NCBI RefSeq assembly: GCF_006345805.1
Contig: NC_043013.1
Location: 7,812,001 to 7,876,000, forward strand
Length of the DNA: 64,000 nucleotides
Origin: Octopus sinensis
Lineage: Eukaryota
Direction: 5' to 3'
The position numbers and the translations under genes were made by a program. The notes under the pieces are model-generated. The model was not told where the DNA came from. It ran no database searches and saw only the letters and a program-made list of their open reading frames with translations. This document shows positions 37,980 through 49,587 of this stretch, piece by piece. Within the stretch, counting starts at the first letter, position 1. Each line of letters begins with the position of its first letter.

Positions 37980-38195
37980 TCCTTTAGCATTCAGATTACC
38001 CTGCCAAATGTAATGCTTATTTATTCACATAGTTTTGGATTAATCATTATTCTGTGGCTTTGAGATTTCAAAGATGTGATTGTTTATTTTTAGAATGGCA
38101 TTGCAGAGTAGGTGTGAGAGGCTGGATATGACCAGTTTGAACGTAAAACAGGTAGAATATTTTGGCTGGACATGACCAGTTTCAATACTAAAGGG
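37980..38195. mobile_element. piggyBac-type MITE
   Basis: TTAA flanks (37976-37979, 38196-38199); (t)cctttagcatt / aatactaaaggg TIRs. Confidence 0.7.
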
Positions 38196-38289
38196 TTAAA
38201 ATTTACTAGAAGCCAAATTAGTTATGGAGGAGTTCACAAGCAGAACATAATTTGAATATTATTCCCCACTTCATCAAGTCATCCAATCA

Positions 38290-38590
38290 TCTGTTTAACA
38301 GAACCATGACATGGAAATGTTCAGTATTACCATCAGCACAAAATGTGGTTGGGCATCTGGTTCCTTGATTTGTGGCACTTGTGTGACCATTTTTGAAAAT
38401 TTTTCAATGCATTCATCGACAATCTGTAACAGCATGACTCCTGTTCCCACACTATGCTGAAAGCCTTTGATAGATTTTCAGCTCCTGATCTGATACACAT
38501 TCAACCCACAAGAAATGGATCACTGAACGTTGCTCTTCTTTACAGTGAACTAAAAGTGGTGCAGCTTTGGTTAAAGACAACTAAATTGAG
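38290..38590 (-). mobile_element. Decayed mariner transposase N-terminal HTH remnant
   Basis: Frameshifted reading ..KEEQRSVIHFLW..EIYQRL..EKF-KNGHTS.. resembles mariner EQRxVIxFL..EIHxRL..FKxGRTS. Confidence 0.5.
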
Positions 38591-38697
38591 ATTTCAAGTT
38601 CAAACCTCCTGAGTTATAGGGATTAAAAGAACATCACAACTAATTTTCTCACTGAAATGAGAAACATTATAAGAGCTTTGCAAACTAATGATTCACC

Positions 38698-38733
<36 letters not shown>

Positions 38734-38953
38734 CATATATATATATATATATAGGTGCATACACACATACATATCTGACATTATTTACACAATATCAGTT
38801 TTGATTTGTTACTAAGGAATTCCTTATACATACATATATATATATAACTACCTGATAGTTTTGGGTAGTAGTTGCATTTTATATATATAATATATATATC
38901 AGAAATATTAAATTTCTAAATCTCTCGTAGAGACATGTATGGTGGTGGGGCGA

Positions 38954-39165
38954 TAGAATGGTTGTATACTGTCAATCTAACGTGAACGTGACAGTAGGGG
39001 GTTACACCACTGCTGTTTAACCCTAGGAAGCATCGACACCTCCTGATGGCTTTGACACATTTTTCCTGTGTCAAAGCCATCAGGAGGCGTCGATGCTTCC
39101 TAGGGCTAAACAGCGGTGATGTAACCCCCTACTGTCACATTCACGTTAGATTGACAGTATGCAAC

Positions 39166-39172
<7 letters not shown>
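38954..39172. mobile_element. Near-perfect palindromic (hairpin) MITE flanked by TA
   Basis: 106-bp arms (38954-39059, 39067-39172) with 6 transitions and a 7-nt loop; outer TA dinucleotides fit a Tc1/mariner TSD. Confidence 0.8.
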
Positions 39173-39202
<30 letters not shown>

Positions 39203-40127
39203 TATGCTAAAAAGGCAAACCAGTGGATTCGGACAGAAATCAAAAGGTTTTAAATTTAAACGTGATTAAGGAATTAATTATCAAAAGTGAATATCTATCA
39301 ACCTATCTACATATTGTGTAAAAGTAAATATTTTAAAGACACGACACATGTAGAGACTTACTATCAAAACATCAGCTGGAGAATTTCCTCTTTTTTTTTT
39401 TTATATTTTTAATCTCACGGATACAAAAGGTTTTTTTTTTTTTTATATATAGATGTGCCAAGTTGGAATTTCAAGCTTCTATTGATTAGAAAACATAAAA
39501 AAAAAAAAAAGACAAAACACACACATATAGAGCCAGTAGGCTTTATAGGTATGAAAATTAGAAACAAAATTTGCTCAATGAATTATCAAACGATTATTCT
39601 GTAAAAACAACACTTTGTAACTTACTGTAGTCAATTTTTATCTTTATGTATGTTTTTTCTTTTTCACATTTGATATATATTTTTACCATATTAAAAACAT
39701 ATATATATATGAAAAAAAAAAAAGAAAAAAATATTTTATTTTAAATTATTTTGGCTACAAATTTTTTTTCCAGAAGCAGGCATTGCTCCTCTCGTAGCTT
39801 TTCTTTTATTTATCCAGCGACTCCAGTAATACACACACACACACAAACACACATACACATTCATAGATCGGGCTGCTCAAGAATGTAAATAAAAATTTTT
39901 AAAAATAAACTTGTAAAAAAATGATTAAAAATGAAAACAAACTAAAGAGACAGATTAATATCACAACTTTCAGTTTTTATATTCTTCACAATGACAGTAT
40001 TCAGACTGTATGCATTAAACAATTTTTACAATACTAATACCATTGTTTCGTTTTACTTTTTTTCTTGGATTTTAAATGTGATGTTTAGTTCAGTAGCAGC
40101 ATGCGTTGTACACGTCCTTTTTTCAAA

Positions 40128-40317
40128 TACTCTTTTACTTGTTTCAGTCATTTGACTGCGGCCATGCTGGAGCACCGCCTTTAGTCGAGCAAATCGACCC
40201 CGGGACTTATTCTTTGTAAGCCCAGTACTTATTCTATCGTCTCTTTTGCTGAACCGCTAAGTGACGGGGACGTAAACACACCAGCATTGGCTGTCAAGCA
40301 ATGCTAGGGAGACAAAC

Positions 40318-40348
<31 letters not shown>

Positions 40349-40495
40349 CATATATACGACAGGCTTCTTTCAGTTTCCATCTACCAAATCCACTCACAAG
40401 GCATTGGTCGGCCCGGGGCTATAGCAGAAGACGCTTGCCCAAGATGTCACGCAGTGGGACTGAACCTGGAACCATGTGGTTGGTTAGCAAGTTAG
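40128..40495 (-). mobile_element. CORE-type SINE
   Basis: Reverse complement of the family. Confidence 0.85.
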
Positions 40496-40722
40496 AGCAA
40501 AAGTAAAAATGCATTATTTCTGTAAATGTTTCTATACTAGCATGGATGAGATAAGTTTAGCAGCATTACATATTGTTGAAGGAATTTTTTTCCATTTTCG
40601 TAGCTGGATACCTTTCCTCTCACACTGCGAAGTGTAAAACAACTCGGCTTCAGCTAGACAAAGTAGAGTTATGTCCCTTACGAAGCAGCACAATGCAATT
40701 GATTATAGTGAAGATTTAAACT

Positions 40723-41114
40723 GGATCTTTTTGGTTTGAACGGCAGTTTTTAAAAATAATTTCCACCTAACTAAACACTTTTAAACTTCGTATACTGGTA
40801 GAATGTGTTACATAAAACATCTTTATCTCTTGGCTTTATTGAGAAAATTCTATAGTTTGTAAGATACTTGTTGTGTTCTTTTTCTTCAATTTCAACCAAT
40901 CAATGACGTCTATTTAAGGTGAAAACATTCTGTGCCGTATGAATATGTCCCTCGTTTAAGAAACAGATTGGGTTTATTTACATTTGTGAAGAAAAAAAGA
41001 TACACTTCCCCCCAACCCCTAACCAGATTGAAATGCAATAGATCGATACTAGGGACATAATTATGGGTGACAATTTCATGTGACACCGCTAGAAAACAAC
41101 TGCCGAAAAGATCC
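40723..41114 (+). mobile_element. Merlin-type MITE family 1, copy A
   Basis: Ends ggatctttt..gaacggcagtttt / aactgccgaaaagatcc; perfect 9-bp TSD atttaaact (40714-40722, 41115-41123). Confidence 0.8.
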
Positions 41115-41734
41115 ATTTAAACTTGTGGCTGTATGGTCAAGATTAGCTTTTAACAAATGGAGATTTTAGAACATGTCACATAATACTATAATATCATGAT
41201 GTCGGCATAAGGTCATCAAACAGTGGCAAGTAAAATGAGCATAAAACAGATCTGAGCAAGATGTTTCTCCTTTATTTAAAATAGTGCAGTTTTATATATA
41301 TCATCATCATGTATGTGTGTGTATGCAGGTGTAGTTGAGTGGTAAGAAGTTTGCTTCCCAACTGCAAAGTACCAGTTTCGGTCCCACTGTGTGGCACCTT
41401 GGGCAAGTACCTTCTACTATATAGCCTTGGGTTGGCCGAAGCTGTGTGAGTGGATTTAGCAGGTGGAAACTAAGAAAAGCTCCCCACGACTTAGCAGTTT
41501 GGCAAAAGATCCCGACAGATTAAGTACCAGGCTTAAAAAAATAAAAGGTACTGAGGCTGACTAAAATCTCTTTGAGGTGGTGCCCCAGTATGGCCACAGT
41601 CTAATGACTAAAACAAGTAAATGATAAAAGATATAAACATAGCATTTTGATGAAGCTGAAAGGAGTTCACAAACTGTTACTCAGAGTTTCACAGAACAAA
41701 GCAACCGTCATGAGTAATAGTTTACAAAGGCGTT

Positions 41735-42125
41735 GGAGTGGCTGTGTGGTAAGTAGCTTGCTTACGAACCGCATGGTTCCAGGTTCAGTCCCACTGCATG
41801 GCACCTTGGGCAAGTGTCTTCTACTATAGCCTCGGTCAACCAAAGCCTTTTGAGTGGATTTGGTAGACGGAATCTGAAAAAAGCCCATCGTATATATGTA
41901 TGTGTGTGTATATGTTTGTATGTCTGTGTGTGTGTGTGTGTCCCAACATCGCTTGACAACCAATGCTGGTGAGTTTACATTCCCGTAACTTAGTGGTTCG
42001 GCAAAAGAGACCAATAGAATAAGTACTAGGCTTACAAAGAATAAGTCCTGGGATCGATTTGCTCAACTAAAGGTGGTGCTCCAGTATGGCCACAGTCAAA
42101 TGACTGAAACAAGTTAAAGAGTAAA
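41735..42125 (+). mobile_element. Full-length CORE-type SINE
   Basis: Colinear with 7477-7872; an older degenerate copy precedes it at about 41326-41630. Confidence 0.85.
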
Positions 42126-42279
42126 GGCTTTTCAGCTGCAATAAAATACTGCTTCACTCTACCTCTGATATTCAAGTACTATTTTCTCCACCTTGTTTTG
42201 CACCTATGTGCTCACAAATGTACACACACATAATGTAGTGGTTCAATACATTTTGACATAATATTCAGTCTTTTTAATA

Positions 42280-42745
42280 CCAGGTTTTCCATTCTGACAG
42301 AAGTCAGACCAGTCTTCAATACTGCATACCATAATTTCATTTGATCTTGTGGTCATTTCCTTTATGAAGCACAACATTCTGAGATCTGACCTTACTACTC
42401 TCTTCCAAGTTTCCCCTCTGCCACAAGTTCCCTTCAGTTATCATCAGTACACATCACTATCTATTTTTATCACATGTCCATAACATGGTAATCTCCTGAC
42501 ACCCACCTGTGTTCCCAGCTCACCTGTGCTTTGCCCCTTATGAAGGTTTAGCACGATAAGTCCCAACGACTTACCTAATTATTCTCCAGCCTCAACATCT
42601 TCAACATTCATCACACATACTCTCTACCATATAGACCACACTCCTTACACACATTGAAAACAGTCTGCCTTTTGCATAGAGAGAAACTCTTTGAAGTTGA
42701 CAACCTAAGCTGTTTCTACTCCAACTTTATATTCCAGGTTTGCAG
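42280..42745 (-). mobile_element. Old degraded RTE ORF2 3' fragment just downstream of the ARMC6 stop
   Basis: Minus-strand reading KGRLFSMCVRSVV.. resembles KGRLYDACVRTAM of the young LINE. Confidence 0.5.
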
Positions 42746-42767
42746 GTGAGCCCTGCCCCCAGTTATC

Positions 42768-42980
42768 CTACTGAGGTATACTGCCCTTTTCCCCTTTCCA
42801 CAGCTCTTTCAGCTCAACTTTACAGCCCAAATCTCTGAGTGCTGCTTTGGCTTCATCATAGGCTGTACTGTGTTTAGCAAGTACTGCATTAACCAAATCT
42901 GCGATTTCAAGGTCCCGGAAAGTGCCGGAGTACTCCGAGTTATGATAAACTACATTGCGTACAGCAATACAAGCTGATTT
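42768..42980 (-). CDS. ARMC6: Armadillo repeat-containing protein 6, last coding exon
   Basis: tttcag acceptor; [40 protein letters not shown] matches ARMC6 [31 protein letters not shown]. The five exons total 1410 nt = 469 aa + stop. Confidence 0.95.
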   Translation of the reverse strand, partial: KSACIAVRNVVYHNSEYSGTFRDLEIADLVNAVLAKHSTAYDEAKAALRDLGCKVELKELWKGEKGSIPQ

Positions 42981-43154
42981 CTGAAACAAAAACAAAAAGA
43001 AATGGTTAAACAAGTAAAGAAATAACGCAGAGAGGCTGGTTCGTCTCCCTTCCACAAAGTTATGATCCTAGACAGTTGTGTGTAACAGAAATGGTAGAAG
43101 AGTAGACACATATATATACACACATATACATACATATACACATAAATATACATA

Positions 43155-43400
43155 TTACATTATGGCTGCCCCCTCGTTATCGAGTATGGCCATTGCACGA
43201 AGCTTAACTGTTATTGGTGCTGTGATCGAATGTGACTTTTTAGCCCAGCTAAAGATCTACAAAGTCTTGTACAGAATTGGCAGCTAAAACCTTTACAGGT
43301 AATAGCCGGCTGTAGTTGTAACTGAGCTTCATGTACCTTTGCATGTCGTTTAAGTCCTCCTGCCGAATTACACTCTCTTCCACATGCCCGATAGTTATGA
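43155..43400 (-). mobile_element. RTE/BovB-like LINE 3' end with two C2H2-type fingers
   Basis: ACGRECNSAGGLKRHAKVH (first Cys decayed) and CQFCTRLCRSLAGLKSHIRSQH*, then ggccatactcgataacgagggggcagccataatgtaat tail. Confidence 0.7.
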
Positions 43401-43410
43401 TTAGTATACA

Positions 43411-43429
<19 letters not shown>

Positions 43430-43446
<17 letters not shown>

Positions 43447-44735
43447 CATACACACATGCATATAGGAGACCAAAGTGTACGTATGTCGCAATATGTATAC
43501 AAAAAGGAATACAAAAAATGGGACAAGAACGCAAAACATCCAGACAGATGATACAAAAAAGGGACAAGAAAAATCACAGATATGTCATTCGAAGTTTTCT
43601 TTCTTCAGTTGAGTTCTAGATTATCTTTGCAATTTCAGCTGGTTATACTTGAGATTGCTCCAATCTGGCCAGCCCCAAGAAAAGCCAAGCTAAGAGCATT
43701 AGATTCGTTGGAAGAAAGCAGCAAATGTATACGAAAACAAGGACAGGAAAAAAAAATGGAGAAATGTTACACAAATACAAATGCAAATAACAGGACCTAA
43801 CAACAGGTGTCTTTCGACTAAGGATGAATTAAATTAAGCTGGCGTGTGTGGAAAGAAAACTTCGAATGACCCATTCGTGTTTTTTTCTTGTCACTTTTTT
43901 GTATCATTTGTCTGGATGTTTTGGGTTCTTGTCCGATTTTTTGCATTTCTTTTTATATACATATTGCAGTGTACGTACACTTTGGTCTCTTATATGCAAG
44001 TACATATGTGTGTATATATACATATATAAACATTTTGTACGACCCTCTTATTCTTTCATTCTTTCTATCAGCTCCTTCACACTTAATTTATTGTTTCCAC
44101 TCTTCTTTCTTTCGTTCCCCCTCTCTCACATTTCCTGGCTTTCTCTTCATTCTCACCTTTCCCTCCTCTTTCACTTCACTCTGTCCCTTTTCTTTTTTTA
44201 TTGTCCCTCTGCCTCTACCTCTCTCCACGTGACCAGTGTTCAGTCAAGTCTGACCTTTCTTTCTTGGTTCAACTACCATCCGTGCCACATCTATATTCCT
44301 CACCATGCCTGTCATCTCTTATATCCCTGCCGTAAGGCTTCATTTCCACACACGCCAGTTTAATTTAATTCATTCTTAGTCGAAAGACACCTGTTGTTAT
44401 GTCTTGTTATTTGCATTTGTATCTGTGTACCATTTCTCCGTTTTTTTTTCCCTGTCCTTGTTTTCATATACATTCGCTGCTTTCTTCCAAGGAATCTAGT
44501 GCTCTTAGCTTAGTTTTTCCTTGGGGCTGGCCAGATTGGACCAATCTCAAGTATAACTGGCCAAAATTGCAAAGATAATCTGGAACTCAACTGAGGAAAG
44601 AAAACTTCGAATGACCTGTCCGTGTTTTTTCTTGTTCCTTTTTTGTATCATCTGTCTGGATGTTTTGTTGTGCCTTTTTTGTATCATCTAGCCGTCTGGA
44701 TGTTTTGCGTTCTTGTCCCATTTTTTGTATTCCTT
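43430..44735 (+). mobile_element. Penelope-like element remnant with inverted 5' terminal repeat
   Basis: About 43500-43853 is the reverse complement of about 44345-44733; 43850-44005 directly repeats the end of the right unit; CT-rich body between. No RT or GIY-YIG ORF is visible, so the class is inferred from architecture. Confidence 0.6.
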
Positions 44736-45195
44736 TCATCATCATCATCATCATCGTTTAGCGTCCGCTTTCCATGCTAGCATGGGTTGGACGGGTCAAC
44801 TGGGGTCTGTGAAGCTGGAAAGCTTCGTCAGGCCCAGTCAGATCTGGCAGTGTTTCTACGGCTGGATGCCCTTCCTAACACCAACCACTCCGCGAGTGTA
44901 GTGGGTGTTTTTTACGTGCCACCTGCACAGGTGCCAGACGAGGCTGGCAATGGCCACAATCGGATGGTGCTTTTACGTGTCACCGGCACGGGGCCAGGCG
45001 ATGCTGGCAACGGCCACGAACGGATGGTGCTTTTACGTGTCACCGGCACGGGGCCAGGCGATGCTGGCAACGGCCACGAACGGATGGTGCTTTTACGTGC
45101 CACCGACACGGGGCCAGACAGAGCTGGCGAACGGCCACGAACGGATGGTGCTTTTACGTGCCACCGACACGGGGCCAGACAGAGCTGGCAACCGG
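44735..45195 (-). mobile_element. RTE 3'UTR copy with expanded tandem units
   Basis: Identical 60-nt unit repeated at about 44960-45080, then shorter units. Confidence 0.85.
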
Positions 45196-45406
45196 CCAAT
45201 ATATATATATTACATATGACTAGTTTCCATCTACCAAATTAGCTCAGAAGGCATTGATTGGCCTAGGGCTTTAGTAGATGACACTTGCCCAAGGTTCCAC
45301 ATGACTGGGAAGCAAGCTTCTTCACTACACAGTTACACCAGCACCTCTTTGTTCTATCAAATTATTCAAGAATTATTTGAAAGTAAGAAATAAGAAATGT
45401 CCTTAC

Positions 45407-45676
45407 CTGAACACGTGCAGAATCTGGGTGTGATTTCATCACTTGAACCAATAACTGAGGGAAAGTTGTTGTCATAATGAGTTTAGCATTAGATGGGGAC
45501 CGTAATGCCAGGGCGCCAATCAGTGCACAGCCAGCCTCACACACAGGTGGCTTCGACACATGTTTCGAGAGGGCCATTAAGATTATGTCCACCACTCCAG
45601 ATGTCACAATGGCATCTTTGACCACATCATTTCGAGCCAAACACTGGAATACAGTCATTGTTTTCGAGCAGATTGG
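45407..45676 (-). CDS. ARMC6: ARMC6 coding exon 4
   Basis: ttgcag / gtaagg; PICSKTMTVFQCLARNDVVKDAIVTSG..VCEAGCALIGALALRSPSNA..MKSHPDSARVQ. Confidence 0.95.
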
Positions 45677-46142
45677 CTGCAAAGGAGAATAAATCTCTTT
45701 CAGTATTTAAACATTTATAACAAAAGCAAAAAAGACAGGACATTTTAAAAAATATTTCATCATCAACATCCATTTCCCATGCTGGTATGGGTTGGATGGA
45801 TTGACAGAAGCTGGCCAGCCTGGAGAGCTGCCCGGGTTCCACTTTGTCTGGACATGGTCATTAATAGCATACCAACCACTTTAGAGATCGTACTGAGTGC
45901 TTTTGATGTTGCACCGATATTATGTATGTGCGTGTGTATATATATATATATATTTTTTTTTTATATTATATTGAGGGTACTACTATTCGTAGATACCAAC
46001 ACGCTAAGAGGGACCAATGCGGTCAAAACTACTAAAAATAAACAAAATTTTATCGAATGCAAAACTTCAAAACACATCAGGTTTTTCACGCTGACTACTG
46101 ATAATTTCTTTTAAAGATTTTATCCTCAATTGTTAATTTAAA

Positions 46143-46188
<46 letters not shown>

Positions 46189-46932
46189 ATGCAACAACAC
46201 CATTCAAAGCAGTAACCATTTTTTAAAAGCATTTTACACTACATGGACCAAGAGAGAGATAGAAAGGGAGTAAAATTTGGCATAAGGAAGGGCATCCAGC
46301 CATAGAAACCATACCAAATCAGACTGGAATCTGGTACAGCTTACCAGTTTTCAGTCAAACCGGCCAACCCATGCCAACATGGAAAACGGACGTTAAATAA
46401 TGATCATGATCATGATGTTCACACTATATACATATAGTATATAGTGTAAATATGTAGTGCAACCATTCAAACAGCTTCACTATTTTTCCAAACCCTGCTG
46501 AATTTCACTTGGAGTTTTTGATCCTCCGAAGATATCATAGTGTATAAGTCAACCTATCTGTTTTAGCTGCAAATTTTGGTGTGAAAAATTCAACTTATAC
46601 ACCAGAAAATTGGTGCAAGGGCTTGAGATAATCTTTCCCACTCACACACGTACACTGTTGATTTAGCAGGAGCATAGTTTCTGAAGAACTATTTCCAGAT
46701 AAAGCTCTAAAAGCAATATAGCTTTTGCTTCACTTATCTCTCACACAGTCACTGATTCTAGTATTAACATTCACAAACTCTGTTCATTTTAGCTTTAAAC
46801 CCATTCCCTCCTTCTCAATATCCACATTGTTGCCACAGCAGTAGTCACTATTGACAATAAAATCTTATTAGTAACAACACTGGCCTATCACACCTAGGTC
46901 TATGCTTCTTCAAATGATTCTGTTTCATGGGG

Positions 46933-47208
46933 TTGTTCATCATCATTGTTCGACCGTGGTCGAGACAATGGAATTTACCATGCTACGCCAGACTTCACTG
47001 TCAATCATGGCATTACGGAGGTCCTGTTGCTGGATGCTTGTATCCCTGGAGATTACATCAGGGTAGGAGAGTGTGCGCCCTCTGGTATTGCGAGTAGATG
47101 GCTTCCAGAGGAGAAGAGTAGAAATTATTTCTTTTTCAGCTCTACAACAATGTCCAGCAAACTGGACTCTCCTACCATTCACAAGAGATGACACAGGTGG
47201 TAGTTTCC
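46933..47208 (-). mobile_element. 5'-truncated RTE (second family) flanked by 58-bp direct repeats
   Basis: RRVQFAGHCCRAEKEIISTLLLWKP..RGRTLSYPDVISRD..EQ* plus (TGA)n tail; repeats 46875-46932 and 47209-47266 differ at 1 base. Confidence 0.85.
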
Positions 47209-48026
47209 CAACACTGGCCTATCACGCCTAGGTCTATGCTTCTTCAAATGATTCTGTTTCATGGGGCTGTAGTAGAAGACGCTTGCCCAAGGGGTCACAC
47301 AGTGGGACTGGACCCAAACCAACATGGCTGGGAAGTGAACTTCTTAACCACATAATTATGCCTGTACCTATTCATCATCATCATCACCGTTTTAACTTCA
47401 ACATTTCCATGCTTGCATGTGTTAGAGGGAATTCGTTGAGACAAGTTTACCATGACTGTATATCCTTCCTGTTGCCAACCCTCACCTATCTCCAAGCAAG
47501 GTAATATTTCCTTTTGGCCAGATATGCTTTGCACAGAAGACCTGAAACGAGCATTATTTGTATGACGATGATGCACATTTATGACCATGGTGTGATGTCT
47601 TTACACAAACATACACACACACACACACACACAATGGGCTTCTTTCAGTTTCCATCTACCAAATCCTCTCACAAAGTTTTGGTTGGCCTGGGCTATAATA
47701 GAAGACACTTGCCCAAGGTGCCATGAAGTGGGACTGAACTCAAGACCATTTGGTTGAAGTTACCTTCTCGGGTCATGCTGACCCATGGCATACAAATTTC
47801 CCAGCTGCATGGGACACCACTCCATCACAGGGTTACTCATTGTTGCCAGCTGAGTGGACTGGAGCAATGTGAAATGAAGTGTTTTGCTCAAGAACACAAC
47901 ATATTGCCCAATCCTGGAACTGAAACCACAATCTTACGATCACGAGTCCAACACCCTAAACCACTAAGCCAATTTCTTAACCACATAGCCCATGCTGGTG
48001 CCTACTGTAAAATAAAATTTACTTAC

Positions 48027-48172
48027 AGCATTTTCCAAATTGTCCAGGAATATAGTTGCCATGAATGAAATACCACCAAAATCGTACACTTGCTGACAGA
48101 ATTCATTTCTTACTAACAACAGAGGAAGTGTTGTGAAGAGTTCTTTAAGAATAGTAGTATCTTTACTATAAT
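48027..48172 (-). CDS. ARMC6: ARMC6 coding exon 3
   Basis: tttcag / gtaagt; H-YSKDTTILKELFTTLPLLLVRNEFCQQVYDFGGISFM.. carries the ARMC6 RNEFCQ motif. Confidence 0.95.
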
Positions 48173-48856
48173 CTGAAACAGAAAAACAGAAATGACAATA
48201 CAAACTCATATTTTATATTTCTATTATCTTACTTATTATACAAGATATAATGGTCTTTTAGGACCATTCCTTTTGGCTTCCTGTAGATTTAACCCTTTGT
48301 TTTCATATTTCTTTGAAATACATTGTTTCAAATAAATTTTGAAAACAATGAAGTCTTCAGGAAAATAACTGGCGCTTTTAAGCTGGGGTTTGGAATATTT
48401 AATATTTTTTCAAAGGGACTTGGTATTTGACAGTTTGAAAGCCACAGGCCCGTCACTGTCTTGCTCCCTACACATTCCAGGCTCCGCAATAAACACAGTG
48501 CTCAATCCGTCCTTGCCAAGAGAGCAAACCCATGAAATATTTCCTTCCCTTCTGCATTTCACCAGCACACACTGATTTACTGATGTTTATATTGAACATT
48601 GACCAAATCAATGTCACCAGTCTTGGAAGACCTGCTCCATCCCTCTGACTAAACCATTTTTACAAAAAAATATACAATTATAGGTGCCAGCTTTTACAAT
48701 AATTAGTACCAGGCTTGATTGGTTTGACAGAAATTCTTCAAGACAGTTCCCCAGCACGGCTGCAGTCTAATGACTGAAACAAGTAAAAGATAAAAAATAA
48801 AACAAGAAGAAAAATTACAAAAAAAAAATGTTTCAAATACTTCAAGACCTACTCAC

Positions 48857-49520
48857 GTTTGCACAGCTCCAAAATCAAAAGAAGACCAGAATCTTCAGTT
48901 GCTATCAACCTACAGGTTTCGTGAGCATTTCCAAAGGGGACAGATGAATCATCATCAGCTGTTAACACACAGAATAAAGAGCAGATTGCTTTCACAAGTT
49001 CCTTTTCATCTTTGTAAGTTCTAAGTAAGTCCATTGCCTTACTAACAATTTGACCATCGATATAACTTTTCTTGTTGGCTTCGTTAGTAATACAAGAAGT
49101 ACTAATTACTTTGACAGTCTGTAGCAAAATATCAATGTCAGCACGATATAGGTCAAGTAATTCCAAGAAATATTTCGTATCTGTTGGTTTCATTAATTTA
49201 GATTGCCCCACCAAAAGTACATAAACAGCATTAATAAACCTCTGTAATAACTTGTTGTTCTGGGAATCTTGTAGCTTTTGCAAGAATTTATATAAAGTAG
49301 TGTAAGCATCATTGGTACCGGCAAGTGAACTTTTGGCAAAATCTGCACATTCTTCGACAAAATCCATGATCAGTTTCTCTAATTCTACTTCATTGATGTT
49401 ATCATCAGTCAGGAACTGTTTTAACTGGTTTGTTATTTTTACAGAGGTATGGACTACAGGACCGTTGTTCTCTGAGGAATAAACTTGGGAGTCTTTCACA
49501 ATTAAACTCAAATCTACATC
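48857..49520 (-). CDS. ARMC6: ARMC6 coding exon 2
   Basis: tacacag / gtgagt; 664-nt open frame DVDLSLIVKD..CITNEANKKS..LTADDDSSVPFGNAHETCRLIATE.. Confidence 0.95.
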
Positions 49521-49587
49521 CTGTGTAAAAGAAAGAGAAAGAGTAGAGAGAGTAAGAGAAAGAAATCACACAAATCATTAACATTAA

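Noticed and set aside
43578-43612. Hammerhead-like CUGA(A/G)GA-AAG-AAAA-CUU-CGAA motif in the Penelope-like repeats (also 44590-44615)
   Set aside because: All copies read GAAU instead of GAAA, lack the G10.1-C11.1 pair and have no stem I or palindromic stem III; at best a non-canonical relic.
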